A DNA stretch of 64,000 bases from Octopus vulgaris (lineage: Eukaryota), in contig OX597822.1 of assembly GCA_951406725.2 (NCBI GenBank), positions 61,380,001-61,444,000 of the forward strand, in the 5' to 3' direction. The notes under the pieces were generated by a model that worked only from the letters and a program-made list of their open reading frames with translations, was not told the DNA's origin and searched no databases. Below are positions 1 to 14,138 of the stretch, in pieces (positions within the stretch are counted from its first letter, which is position 1; each line of letters opens with the position of its first letter). The translations under genes and the position numbers were made by a program.

Positions 1-679
1 CATATTCTATTGGCCTCTTTTGCCGCACTGCTAAGTTACGGGGAAGTATACACACCAACATCGGTTGTCAGGTGATGTTGGGGGGACAAACTCACACATA
101 CGACGGGCTTCTTTCAGTTTCCGTCTACCAAATCCACTCACAAGGCATTGGGCAGCCTGAGGCTATAGTAGAAGACACTTGCCCAAGGTGCCACACAGTG
201 GGACTGAACCTGGAACCATGTGGTTGGTAAGCAAGCTACTTAACACACAGCCACGTAGTATGTAAGATTTTTTTATTTTGTACAAAGCATATGTGTGATA
301 TAATGATTAAATGCATTGGTTCAAAGATTCACGGGCTTAGTTCTTGAAGGTTTAAATTCTATAGTTAAAGATGATTCCAACAACAGCTGAAAAAATGTTC
401 CAGACTGATGAATGTTGATGTTGTTTAGTCCAAAGTTAGTTCTGATTGAACAGATCTGAGCCTAAAGGCATTCAAGAAGTTGAGCAATCACATAGAGGAT
501 ACTGTATTAACTGAAGGGTCTGATGTATAATTTAAGTGAATTTTTAAAATCCCTCTAGTTGCAGCAATCTGTTTTCTAAGATATAGATTGCTGATGGCTA
601 TTAGCAGTTTCATAAACTCTCTTTGTTCTTGGGAATATACATAATATTATTCTTCATTTTGTTTCTATCTCTTTTTTAG

Positions 680-761
680 ATTTGGTCTTGCTAATAACAA
701 TGATTCTAGTTCCACCCTTACCAGCACACAGTCAGGCAAAATAGCACCAGCACCAGTTTTG
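680..761 (+). CDS. SARNP: SARNP (SAP-domain ribonucleoprotein/CIP29/Tho1) internal exon: (R)FGLANNNDSSSTLTSTQSGKIAPAPVL
   Basis: Polypyrimidine tract + AG at 678-679, GTAAGT donor at 762. Starts with an (R)FG motif, in phase with the downstream exons. Upstream exons lie outside the window. Confidence 0.8.
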
Positions 762-794
762 GTAAGTGTTTCAAAATGTGTGTGTGTATGTATA

Positions 795-849
<55 letters not shown>

Positions 850-1266
850 ATATATATGTGGGTGGGTGTGTATATATATATATATATATATTATTATTAT
901 TATTATTATTATCATCATTTAATATTTGTTTTCCATACTGGCATGGGTTGGATGGTTCAACAGGGGCTGGCTTGGCAGAAGACTGCACCATGCTTCAGTC
1001 TGTTTTGCCATGGTTTTTATGGTTGGGTACCCTTCCTGACACCAACTACTCCACAGAGAATTTACAGAAAACAAAAGACGAAGATAGGTGAGGGAACAAC
1101 AAGCAGATGCATTAGTTTGATGCTCAAGAAGAATGGAAAAGTCTTTGACGTTTTGAGGCTAAACTCTTTGACAGAAGGGATGAGAGGGGAAAAATGGAAA
1201 GCGAAAAAAATGTGTAGGGATTAACAGTTTCACATAATGAAAATGTGTGCATATTTATATATATAT

Positions 1267-1316
<50 letters not shown>

Positions 1317-2515
1317 CTTAAAATGAGGAGTGGATAGACAGCCGACAACTGATAAAGAGTCCTTTCTCTGTGCTTACCTGTCCTGTTTTCCATTTTTTCC
1401 TCGTTTGTATATAAATATTCTTTTAAATGTCATAGAAGCAATGATGTTAAAAGATTACAAACTTGAGACTTCTTCATTATCATCACCACCATCATATGTC
1501 TGTTTTCCATGCTGGCATGGGTTGGACAGTTTGACAGGAGCTGGTAAGCTGGAGGGCTGCACCAGGCTCCAGTTTTTGGCTGGGTACCCTTCTTAATGCC
1601 AACCATTTTACAGAGTGTACTGGGTGCTTTTTATGTGGCACCAGCCTGGGTGCTGTACATTTGCTAGCTTTAGCAATGAAATGTACCTTTCCATTGTATT
1701 TATTTACAACTTGCTGGGCTGAATTATTGAAAGTTGTTATTGTTAATAATGGTACAATCTGATGACCCTTCAGTCAGTTGGTCAGCTTTTTATTGACTTT
1801 GCTGGTTAAACCCCTGTACTAAACATAAATTCCAAACAGAAACTAGGATAGGTACAGACATGGCTTTGTAGTGAAGAAATTCACTTCACATCTATGTGGT
1901 TTCAGGTTTGGTCCTGTTGTGTGGCACTTTAAATGTCTTTTATGATAGCCCTAGATTGATTAATGCCTTGTTAGTGAATTTGATTAACAGAAACATGTAA
2001 CAACTTTTAATCTTAATTTGTTTTTACCACTTGGCTTTTGAAAAGCCAACTCTTTTTATTTTTATTGTCAGTTCCTCATATAACCAGCTCACATAATTAT
2101 TGTTATTTCTTCATAGATAGCTCTTTTAAAAAAATCTTTTTGTAGATAACCAACTATATTATCAATTGTTTCTCATTTTCCAACTTGACATTTTTCTTAT
2201 AACAAATTTTCCATAAACCACCATCTTTTTATCATCATTCCTGCATAAAATGGCCATTCTTCTTGGCATTGTTCTTCCAGAAGTAATCACTCATTTTTAC
2301 CACGCATGTGAACATTATTTTTTGCCATTTCTTTGCTTATATTTGTGTCTTTTTTTTATTTCCTTTTCAGATCTTTTGTTTTGCTTATACAACTACTTAC
2401 TTCTCATTTCTAGTTTTATTACTCAATGTTTATTAAGAGAACATATTTAATATTTAGCTTTAATTAAAACTAATCTCTTTTTGTTTACTGTTTTAATGTA
2501 TATTTATTTCTACAG

Positions 2516-2587
2516 GCAGATGACCTTGACCGACTGAAAAAACGGGCTGAGAGATTTGGAACGATAGTCTCCAATACTTTATCTCGA
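2516..2587 (+). CDS. SARNP: SARNP exon: ADDLDRLKKRAERFGTIVSNTLSR
   Basis: tttctacAG acceptor, GTATGA donor, 72 nt phase 0; LKKRAERFG is the Tho1/SARNP C-terminal repeat motif. Confidence 0.9.
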
Positions 2588-2904
2588 GTATGAACATTTA
2601 TTTTTTAGATCTCCTCTGTTTTTGTCTTTATTTTATTATTATCACAGAATCCACTCTCTGACTATGTCATAATAGATTCACAAAAAAAAAAAAAAAATTA
2701 ATGTGATAAACTTTCCCAAATCTCTATGATTTATAAGGTCATGTTTTCATAGCTCTAAGTTGAAAGATAGAGGCAATTAAGATAGAAAAGTAATGATTTC
2801 AGTTTGGTCTCATTCATTTTTTAATGTCTTCTTCTCTGCCTGTTCCTTATGATTATCCATCTTTAATATTCATCTCTTTGTAACTAAATATGATAGAGAT
2901 ATAA

Positions 2905-3400
2905 ACTCTGCTTGCAAAGACCTGTTGAGGCAAGTGAAATCAAAATCAAGTTCGATGACTGGTATCCGTGCTAGCGGAGCGCTAAGAGCACCATCTGAGT
3001 GTGATCATTGCCAGAGCAGCTGACTGGCTTCCGTGCTGGTGGCATGTAAAAAGCACCATTCAGATCATGATTGTTACCAGCATCACCTTACTGGCAGGTG
3101 AAAAAACATTCGAGCGAGGTTGTTGCTAGTGCTGCTGGATTGGCTCCTGTGCAGGTGGCATGTAGAAAACACCATTTGAGCGTGGCTGTTGCCAGTACCA
3201 CCTGACTGGCCCTTGTGCCGGTGGCACGTAAAAGCACCCACTACACTCTTGGAGTGGTTGGCGTTAGGAAGGGCATCCAGCTGTAGAAACTCTGCCAGAT
3301 CAGATTGGAGCCTGGTGCAGCCATCTGGTTCAGCAGTCCTCAGTCAAATCATCCAACACATGCTAGCATGGAAAGCGGACGTTAACTGATGATGATGATA
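2905..3400 (+). mobile_element. Retroposon 3' region with ~60-bp subrepeats and (GAT)n tail; copies at ~7139-7680, 9915-10065, 15615-15745, 16700-17150, 20972-21113, 28577-28722
   Basis: ggttggcgttaggaagggcatccagctgtagaaac...aacccatgctagcatggaaagcggacgttaaa(tga)n. Confidence 0.75.
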
Positions 3401-3560
3401 TTGCAAGTGATTTCTGTCATTGATCTTGGTGAACCAATCAGTAACAAGATTAGAGTGTAAAAACACTTTTCCCTCCTACCTTTCCATTTCAACTCTTACT
3501 ACAAGTCTGTTCATTGCATAAGATGGCACTAATTTATTGTCTTATCATTCTTTTTGACAG

Positions 3561-3660
3561 TTGGAAGATGAAGCTAAACGCCGGAAAAGGAAAGAAAGAT
3601 TCGGACAGCTTGTTTCAAGTCCAACATCTGGAAGTGGTACTATTACATCTTCTAACAATT

Positions 3661-3692
<32 letters not shown>

Positions 3693-3740
3693 GCTGCTGC
3701 TGATTCAACTCTTAGCAGCAAAAATTCAGATGAGGTTGAG
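3561..3740 (+). CDS. SARNP: SARNP exon: LEDEAKRRKRKERFGQLVSS...TTTTTTTTTTAAADSTLSSKNSDEVE
   Basis: tttttgacAG acceptor, GTAAAT donor, 180 nt; KRKERFG motif. Confidence 0.9.
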
Positions 3741-3799
3741 GTAAATATTGTTAACTTTTAAAATTAATGCATTGAGTTCACAAGAAGTTGACTTTGCTA

Positions 3800-4380
3800 A
3801 AACTTTTAATTCTGTACCACACAAAAGACTTATGGCAAAACTCTCTGCAATGGGTGTCAAAACTGATCTTTTTAACCGGTTGGAATCCTTCATTCTCAGC
3901 TGAAAAGAGGTAGTTATAGTTGCAGGGCAGCATTCTTCACCCTATGAGATATCATCTGATGCACCGCAGGGATATGTTCTTGGTCCCCTTTTGTTTGTTG
4001 CATACATTAATGATATAGGTGCCAACTTAAAGAATGCCACAGTGCTGAAATATGGAGATAACATCAAGCTGTTCCTTGAGATAAAAAAGACAGATCCTGA
4101 ACACAATAGATCTTTCCTGCAATCAGACCTGGACACAATGCAACAATGGATCACAGGCTGGCAACTCAAGCTGGCTGTGGACAAGTGTATCACCATGCAT
4201 TTCGGGACGAAAAATCCCAGCATCCACATATTCTCTCCACAACACTAATCTCAAGAAGTCTTGTAAATGTGACCTGGGCATCACTGTCAGCAGCGATTTG
4301 TGCTGCACAAAGCACATCTCTGAAATTGTCAAGAAGGCTGAGGGTGCCTTGGCATCACTCAGCAAGACCTTTGTCAGCCA
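3800..4380 (+). mobile_element. Decayed CR1-like RT fragment in SARNP intron
   Basis: APQGYVLGPLLFVAYINDI...KYGDNIKLF. Confidence 0.8.
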
Positions 4381-5176
4381 CGACAGGCTTCTTTCGGTTT
4401 CTATCTACCAAATCCACTTACAAAGCTTTGGTTGGCCCGAGGCTATAGTAGAAGACACTTGCCCAAAGTGTCATGCAGTGGGACTGAACCCGGAACTATG
4501 TGGTTGGTAAACAAGCTACTTACAACACAGCCACTCATGTACCTGTCCAAATTTCTAAAATTTCTCCAAGGGTGCAGGTATGTTTGTGCGCTTCAGTTGG
4601 TTTTGCAACTACGTTGGTTTGGGGTTCAGCAAGTGTCATCTACTATTGCATTTTTGAGTGAATCTGGTTGACAGAAATTGTGTGGAGCCCATTGTGTGTG
4701 CGTGTGTGTGCATTTTTGTCCACCACTGCTTAACAACCACTATTAGTTTGTTTACATCTCAAGCAAAAGAAACTTAAATATCAGGCTTAAAAAGATGTAA
4801 GGACTGGAGTCAACTTGTTCAGCTGAATCCTTCAAAGCAGTGTACCAGCATTGCTGCATTCCAATGAATGAAAGAAGTAGAAATAAAACAGTAAATGAAT
4901 ATTCACTACCCCACGGAAATTGAATATAAGATAGATAAGATACTGCAATAAACACTATGGCATGACTTTTTTTTATTATCCCTTTAAGCATATCCAACCC
5001 AAATTGTGAAGATCTGGCTTCTCACACCTACCCTACAATGTCATTCTAAAAATATGCCAACACATCATTGAGATCTCAAAGTTACAAGATAATGCATGAT
5101 TAATTCAAAACAATGTGAATTCATAAGCATTGCATTTGATAGTGAAAATTCAAAAAAATCCTTTGACTCAACCTGT

Positions 5177-5224
<48 letters not shown>

Positions 5225-5765
5225 GAGGGTGCATGGCTTAGTGGTTAGGTGTTGCACTCACGATCACTGCATCGTTATTTCAATTCCTAGACTGGGTGGT
5301 GCGTTGTGTTCTTGAGCAAAGCACTCCATCTCACATTGCTCTGTGATCACTTTGACACCTGACACGTGGTACACAATGCACCTGATCAGACAACGTTGAT
5401 TTCATAGAGAGAGTGAAGTAATGTGCGGCATGAACATTTGATCACTATAAACAAATCGTTTGTGCAGGTCGTTTGGCAGAAGCTGAACGCTCACACATTG
5501 TCTTTGACAGGAGAGTCCGTCATAAATGAGTAATCTGAATGCAAAAAGGTTAATGAAGTTCTACCTTGTGGTAGACTGGCTTTTGATTTTAGAGTTTTTT
5601 TTCTTGTATTGAAGCTATGAGAACTAGAATAATGTTCTGACTAGGTCGGCTCAATGTTTTGCTTTGATTAATCCAATTTCTACCGTGTTTTTTTTTTCTC
5701 TTTTTTGATTCTTTCCCTCATTCTACTAACTGTTTGTAATTTTTTTGTCTTTCTATTTTCAACAG

Positions 5766-5807
5766 GAAAAGAAAAGGAAACGAGCAGAAAGATTTGGACT
5801 GTTGTGA
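5766..5807 (+). CDS. SARNP: SARNP terminal coding exon: EKKRKRAERFGLL*
   Basis: ttttcaacAG acceptor; matches the typical SARNP C-terminus (KKRKRAERFG) and ends in TGA. Confidence 0.9.
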   Translation, partial: EKKRKRAERFGLL

Positions 5808-8800
5808 TGTTTTTATCACTGTAGACCAATGTTAGTTTCAGCAGATCTGCTGTCACTACTTCTAACCCTCACATTTCCATTCAACTCTCATTATCTTAGC
5901 ATATATTTATATATATGCGTTTATATATACATATATATGTACACTTATATATGTAATGTGTGTGTGTGTGTATAAATATATATATATATATATTTTATAT
6001 ATATGTATATTACATATATATATGTGTGTGTGTTTGCGTGTGTGTCTATGTATATAATATGTATATTATATATGCATATATGTATATTATATATATATGT
6101 ATGTATATATTATATATGTATATTATATATTTATGAATGCATGTATGTATGTATAAGCACACATGGAGTAAAAGCAGATTTCATATTGTTAACATACGCT
6201 CACCACACAACACTTCTCTGTACACGTGGAGGCTGGTTAGTTATGTTTGGTTCTGTATGTGTGTGTGTGCACGCGTGCATATGTGTGTGTTTGGGCATGT
6301 ACGTGCTAATAAATGATGATAATAATTATATAACAATATGTGGAATTATCTAGAGCAACTTTCTATATAACTTTATATAAATACAATGTTTTAGGCTCAT
6401 ATCTTTTTTGTTTTATTTTGTTTCTGAATTAGTGTTGTTTTTTTTAATTATATGTACTTATCCATATCAAAGGCAACAGAGAACTATCAAACAATTTTAG
6501 TGCCAGAACATTAAACATATATAAGTATATATATATGTATGTGTATATATATATATATATATATCTTAATGAATTGGTTTGTAATTTCTAAAAAAAAAAA
6601 AGTTTGGTCATTTGAAAAAGAAAAAATTATTTGAAGAATAATAATTAAATGTAGCTTTTTATTAACTTTTTCTTGGCATTATCAATCTTTGTTCATTAAA
6701 AAAAAAATCGAAGACAACTATACTTCAGTACTTTCGCATGTTTTAGACACTTACTGGCTTGTTAGAATTAGCAGCCAAAGAATTAATGTGGTTTTTGGAA
6801 GCAGACAATTTGAAGAAAAGAAAAACAAGTCTGGCTGGTCACAACTGGGGTAAAAAAAAAAAAAATGCTGGAATCCACTATATACACCCACTCCTAAGAT
6901 TTCAGGGCTTCTGTTTATGTTAGAAAACTTAATCGTTACGAATGTTAAGCAGTAGAAATAAATTTGGTAACTATAGGTGCTGGTATGGTTGTGTGGTTAA
7001 GAAACTTGTTTTTCAACCATGTGGTCTTGAGTTCAGTCCCACTGTGTGACACCATGAATGTGTATCTTCTACTATAACTCTGGACTGACTAAAACCTTGT
7101 GAGAGGACTTGTTAGACAGAAACTGAAAGAAGCCTATTTCATCATCATCATCATTTAACGTCCGCTTTCCATGCTAGCATGGGTTGGACGGTTCAACTGG
7201 GGTCTGGGGAGCCTGAAGGCTGCACCAGGCCAGTCAGATCTGGCAGTGTTTCTACAGCTGGATGCCCTTCCTAACGCCAACCACTCCGAGAGTGTAGTGG
7301 GTGATTTTATGTGCCACCGACACAGGTGCCAGACGAGGCTGGCGAACGGCCACGCTTGGATGGTGTTTTTATGTGCCACCGACACAGGTGCCAGACGAGG
7401 CTGGCGAACGGCCACGCTCGGATGGTGTTTTTATGTGCCACCGACACAGGTGCCAGACAAGGCTAGCAGACGACCATGCTCGGATGGTGTTTTTTATGTG
7501 CCACCAACACAGGAGCCAGATGAGGCTGGCGATCGGATGGTGATTGTTACGTGCCCACAGCATGGAGGCCAGTCGGTGCGGCACTGGTTACGGCCACGTT
7601 CGGATGGTTTTCTCGTGTGCCACCGGCACTGGTACCACAAAGATACAAATTCCATTGATGTTCATCTATTTTGATTTTTTTGATTAAGTCTGGCTGGTCG
7701 CAACTGGAATGTCTTTGATGACAAATCTACTTCATGAAGGCTGACCTGGGTTAGACTTCAATAGTTAGAAACTCACATGCTTTATGATATTTTTTGTTTT
7801 TGATAGATGGAAACTACGAAAGCCTATCATATATCATCATTTTGATGTTCACTCTTCCATGCTCGATTAGGTTGGATGGAATTTTCTTGAAGAGGATTTT
7901 CTACAATTGGATGCTCTTTGTGTTGCCAACCCTCACCTGTTTCCAAGTAAGGTGATATTTCTCCATAACAAGTAACAAGATTGGGAATAAAGGACACTGC
8001 TCGCATGATGGTGACATTAGTTTACAACTACTACACAATGTCAAGGCAAAGAAACAATAACATATACAATGGAAAACGGACGCTAAACGATGATGATGAA
8101 TGAGCTTTTTCAGTTTCCATCTACCAATTTCACTCACAAGGCTTTGATTGACCTGGGGCTATAGTAGAAGGCACTTGCCCTATGTGCCATGTGGTGGGAC
8201 TGAACCATGAACCATGTGGTACAGCCTGCACCTCTGTGTGTGTGTATATATATATATAATTAAGGTTAAGCAACAAGTTGCTTAACCACATACCGAAAAT
8301 TTAGAAATAGCAGCCAAAGACCGCTTATTCCTTTTTACTACAGATATATATATATATATATGAATGTTGATCATTGATGTGTTTTTGCATTGTTCCAGCA
8401 GTGACATTTCTGTCCTTTGTAAACCCACATCCATTCTTATTTCTTTACTGCCCACATGGGGCTAAACATAGAGGAGACGAACAAGGACAGACAAAGAGAT
8501 TAAGTCGATCCCAGTGTGTAACCGGTACTTAATTTATTGACCCTGAAAGGATGAAAGGCAAGGTCGACCTTGGTGGAATTTGAACTCAGAACGTAACGGC
8601 TACGCATTTCGCCCGGCGTGCTAACGTTTCTGCCAGCTCGCCGCCTTGACCCACATCCATTAGTCTTTCAAAGGACAAGATCAAATGGAATTATCTCATT
8701 GGAAAACAAGTAATGGTTGGCATCCAGCTGTGGAATAATACCTCAAGAAGTCTCATCTATTTCGTACCAGGATGAAGAAAGTAGATGTAAAAACTTAGAA

Positions 8801-11800
8801 GATGATGATGATCTGTTAGCTTGCAATACTTGAGTTTGACTCTTATGGGTGTAACTTGAAGGGTTTCCCTTGACACTAAATGAAAACAATGCGTGTAGTT
8901 ATTTCCCTTATGATGCAATTTGCAGTTTTTCATCAGGTGTCGCTATTCCTTTGTAAGGGAGGTAAATCTGTCTTATTCTCGATAATATCTGTTCAGTTTT
9001 ACAAAAATCTCATCACTCTTGTTAGATGGCCTGAAACATGTTATCAAGTTTAACCCTTTTGTTACGATATATCTTTCGACCTCGGCGGAATTTAAACTCA
9101 GAATGTAGTGGCAGCCGAAATACCTATTTCTTTACTACCTACAAGGGGCTAAACACACGGATTAAGTCGATTATAACGACCCCAGTGCATAACTGGTACT
9201 TATTTAATCGACCCTGAAAGGATGAAAGGCAAAGTCGACCTTGGCGGAATTTGAACTCAGAACGTAACGGCAGACGTAATACCTATTTCTTTAGTACCCA
9301 CAAGGGGCTAAACACAGAGAGGACAAACACACGGATTAAGTCGATTATATCGACCCCAGTACGTAACTGGTACATATTTAATTGACCCCGAAAGGATGAA
9401 AGGCAAAGTCAACCTCGGCGGAATTTGAACTCAGAACGTAACGGTAGACGAAATACCACTAAGCATTTCGCCCAGCGTGCTAACGATTCTGCCACCTTAG
9501 TAATAATAATGATGAACTTATTGTCTATAGTGCTCAGGTGCACTACAACTCATCAGAAAAAGTATCCAAAACTGCATGGACAGTATATGGAATATATGCA
9601 CAGGAACTGAGCAGTAAATGTCTTAAAGAAAAAAAAAAAATGTTGGATGGGGGAGGGGATCAGTGTGCTGTTGGTGAATTTCAGAAAGGATGGAAATTTG
9701 GAAGGGTGTATCTTTATATTTTAGTTTTCCATCAACACCAAAGCAAGGTGGGATATAAATATTTAATTTTTTCGTTCTAAATTTCCAAATACTTGTAGAA
9801 TTCAACAATATGTACAGGACAAACATTTACACAAGATTTCCTTTATGAATAATTAATTTATTGAAAAAGAAAAAAAAAAAGACACCCCTATCCCCAAAAA
9901 TCAATACTTTAACTGGGAGTGGTTGGCGTTAGGAAGGGCATCCAGCCGTAGAAACACTGCCAGATCTGACTGGGCCTGATGAAGCCTTCTGGCTTCACAG
10001 ACCCCAGTAGAACCGTCCAACCCATGCTAGCATGGAAAATGGACGCTAAACGATGATGATGATGATATTGGTCTCTCTACAAAATCTGAACATGATATCC
10101 TTCCCTTCACTAACTAAACTTATTTTAAAGTTCTTAAACAATGGGAACGTTTATGCCGTTATCTAACATGCCATATCAGTGGTTAGGGTGTTAAGAGGTA
10201 CTTTATATATAGTCATTTGCTTGCTTTCCTTTACTAGCACAGGTTAGATGAATATTTTACTGAGACATTGTTTTACAGCCAGATACCTTTTCTATATGCA
10301 AAAATCTTTGTCAACTAATCAAGTAGGTTTGATAAAGTACTCTTACTTCACGGAGCTTGTGGAGATGCAATGGCCCAGTGGTAAGGGCAGCAGACTTGCA
10401 GTCGGAGGATTGCGGTTTCGATTCCCAGACCGGACATTGCATGTATTTATTGAGCGAAAACACCTAAAGCTCCACGAGGCTCCAGCAAGGGGTGGTGGCG
10501 ACCCCTGTTGTACTCTTTCGCCCCAACTTTCTCTCACTCTTTCTTCCTGTTTCTTGAGTAATGCTGCGATGGACTGCTGTCTCGTCCAGCTGGGGGGAAC
10601 TCATATGCCATAGAAACCGAGAAACTGGGCCCATGAGCCTGCTAGGCTTGAAAAGGGCAAAAAAGAACTTCATGGAGCTTAGAACTGAAGCTGTGATTTA
10701 TTAATATTGAATTTAAGCAAAAGGTGACATTTTTTGTGTGAGTGAGTGTAATATACAATATACAATTATATCAACCCCCAACTGTATGAAAAGAAACAAC
10801 AATATTGATGGGATTTAATCTTAAAATGTAAAGAGATGTATCAATTTAATGATTTCTAAAATAAACACAAGATGATAAATTTTCAGAGACAATATAGTTG
10901 ACCAAATCAGCTCCAGTATTTGGCTGGTACTAATTTTATTAACCACATGGAAGGATGAAAGACAAAGATGACCCAAGTAGGATTTGGATTCTAACAGACA
11001 TGTAACTAAATAGTATTAAGGCCTTTAGAACAGCCCTCTGCGTTTATTCTAATACCAGAATAGGTAACAGAGATTGCAGTGAGAGATGAAATGTCACAAC
11101 CAGCTGGTAGTAATAATAAAGAACACATTTTAGAGGCATGTTTAGAAGAAATTCTCAACCAGTTTACAGACAAGAGAGCAAAATGTAATATAAATACAAG
11201 TTTCAGTTTTAGTAAAACTCATTTTACTTCACATATACTGTAAATATTTCTGGCTATTGTTAGCTTTTCAGCTTCCTGTAAACCTCAGGCCACCGTCATA
11301 TGGTCCCCTGCATTCCTTTCTGATGACTTCCAGTTTTTCCTGTCTTGTTTGACTTGTCATTATGTCTAAAAGTCAGAGCTTGTTTGAGCCTCCTTTGAAA
11401 GTCTGACTTAGAGAAAGTCATCAATCTATTCTCTGAGACATAGAGCCTCTTACTTGAGAAAAGTGGGCGCATTTTGCTTTCTGTTGACGTTTAAATAACA
11501 AGAAATGTTTTCACACAGTAGTGCTACCAATAATGACTTGGAGGACGAGGTCTACATTACGTAGCCTTTTACTGTGTTATGACTACAGACAAACAGCAGA
11601 TATTATGGGTTGTCTCTCCTTCAAGTTGCTTTACATCTACACAAAAATGCTCCCAGGAAATGCCTGGATTTTACAGCAATCCTATTTCCATTTTCCCATA
11701 ACGTGGCCTTTGAAAATCAAAATTATCAAATAAGTTTTAAAACAAAATGAAATAAATGAAAATTAAATAAAAACTAAATAAACAAAACTAACAAAGTGAA

Positions 11801-11895
11801 TTAATAAATTATTTTCAACATACAATAAATTTCAATTAAAATAAACAATTCTGTCTTTTGCTATAAATAGACTGGTTTCAATGGTTTTTGTGACT

Positions 11896-11952
11896 TTAAA
11901 CATTCGGAATAGTCACACCACAGTCTTCATCAGTTTCAACACCAATTTCTTC
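11896..11952 (-). CDS. PSMC3IP: HOP2 exon 9 (EEIGVETDEDCGVTIPNV*)
   Basis: ttgcAG acceptor, conserved EExGxETDED, TAA stop. Spliced CDS totals 636 nt (211 aa). Confidence 0.95.
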   Translation of the reverse strand, partial: EEIGVETDEDCGVTIPNV

Positions 11953-13043
11953 CTGCAAACAAAAGAAAAATAAATAATGGTGTTATTGTAGTGTAATTGT
12001 GTAACAGTTGTTTAATTCAGATCAATCCTGCTGAAAATTTATGATCAGAGGTGGTCAAGCTGTGACTGTCCTATCTTCAGGCTCGGTGTATTTAGGATTG
12101 CACTACCCAATGTAACCCTTCTTTTAAAGCTTGTATGGTGGGGTATAATTAACATTAAGGTTAATGTGTTATTATTTAGCCCCAGGTTAGCCTTGACAGA
12201 GAGAAGACCTATGATCGAAGGTGTTCAGGATGTGACTTTCCTGTTTTTGTTTTTTAATTTTTTTTTTCAGTGATAGCCTATCGATGATGACAGTATCAAC
12301 CTACCTTTCACTTTTAAAACAGTTAGGTATGATTTGAAGAAGTATTGCAAGGCATTACTAGCAAGTATAGCAGCCACACTGAGATTCCCTTTCTGGCTCA
12401 AGCTGTATAGAAGTACAATAAAAGATGTATATCTCCCAAGCTTTTAAGAGTTGGTGCTCAGTCAATGCATGAAACTCTTGGTCATTGGGTTAAGCGTCTT
12501 CAACTACAGCCTTGGTCAGACCAAAGCCCTATGAGCAGATTTGGTAGATGGAAACTGAAAGAAGCCTGTTGTGTATGAGTCTGTGTTTGTCTCCCCTACC
12601 ATTGCTTTACAACTGATACTGGTGTGTTTATGTCCCCTAACTTAGCAGTTCGGCAAAAAGGACCGCTAGAATAAGTACTAGGCTTACAAAGAATAAGTCC
12701 CAGGGTTGATTTCAGTTAAAACCATTTAAGGCAGTGCTCCAGCATGGCTGTAGTCAAATGACTGAAACGTGTAAAAGAATATATATATTATATACACTGA
12801 TAAGTAAAATAACACCAATGGAATAAGGATAAGAGATGGACAGTTGAACAACATTACTAGCATGGAAGGTGGATGTTAAAAGATGACAATGATATATATA
12901 TATATATATATACACATATATATATATAAATGGAAAGGAGAAAATGATAATGATATATCTTTTTAGCTCTGAATACAGCAATCAGTTCTAAGTGCATCAC
13001 TATATCAAAAGATAAAAATCTTAAGAGAGTAATCAATACTTAC

Positions 13044-13103
13044 ATATAAATGTTTCTTGGTTTTGGGGTAACCTTCTAGGATGGCATTTAAAATATCATT
13101 GGC
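13044..13103 (-). CDS. PSMC3IP: HOP2 exon 8 (ANDILNAILEGYPKTKKHLY)
   Basis: AAG/GTAAGT boundaries, 60 nt; conserved AILEGYPK. Confidence 0.95.
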
Positions 13104-13748
13104 CTTCAATAAAGAAAGAAATACATTGGTCGATTTTCATTGATGGAAATGTTCTGGAAAAAGCAAAAAGCAGTTTCACACACATGTGCACAGCCACACA
13201 CAAGTGCTAAGTTGTTTTATATTGGATGTGGAGACACGAAACTTCCAATAACATCTGATTTTTTTTCTCAATAATATTGTTTAAATAATTGATTATTGAA
13301 GTTATGCTCCTAGTTAGTGTTTTGTGTGCAAGAGTTTAAATGTCTATCAATGATTGTGCATGTCTCTGTATACTTGCAATTATGAATAAGCTGCTGAGAG
13401 CGTTGCAAATATGAGACTAAATTGAATGCTTTGGTTGTGAATGCAGCGAATACAGGCCAGATGAATCTGCACAATTTATACAAAAGCAATGATTTTGCAA
13501 CTATTCAGATACAAGAGTGGAACACAGCACAGAGTTTAGGTATATAACAACAATAAAAGTTGCATTATATTGTGTATTGAAGCTGGAACGTAAGTAAATA
13601 TATATAACTGCAACTTTTATTTCTCATCTAATAAAGGGAAAATCAGCCCCATATTTGAACTTAAATTTGAGTACATTAAGAGAAGTACATACAATCACAA
13701 ATGCTTGTACATAACTTTCTTAGAAGGAAAAATCATGTGTGTGTTTGC

Positions 13749-13806
<58 letters not shown>

Positions 13807-13850
13807 TAGTACTTTGGTTCTTGAACAACTTTGATCACGAATAAATCGTG

Positions 13851-13893
<43 letters not shown>

Positions 13894-14138
13894 TTATGAG
13901 AGGTAATGGTGTCACTGAGGCCCAAAGGTGTCAGGTAATGCTGAATAAGTGCTATAGATAGACCATAGTTAAGTTCCAGGTTTGGTGATTATGCGAATAA
14001 GGGGTTCAATGTTGGTCATATGTCAGCGTGTGTATATAAAAATTTTTTTTTTCATAATGAGATAAAAAACCAAGGCTACAGCCTTGTTTTTTTTTTATTT
14101 CATTACGAAAAAAAATAGTGTATATATATATATATATA

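Noticed and set aside
7305-7630. ~62-bp tandem units resembling a CRISPR-like array
   Set aside because: No unique spacers; internal subrepeats of a dispersed retroposon also seen at ~2950-3240 and 16710-16990.
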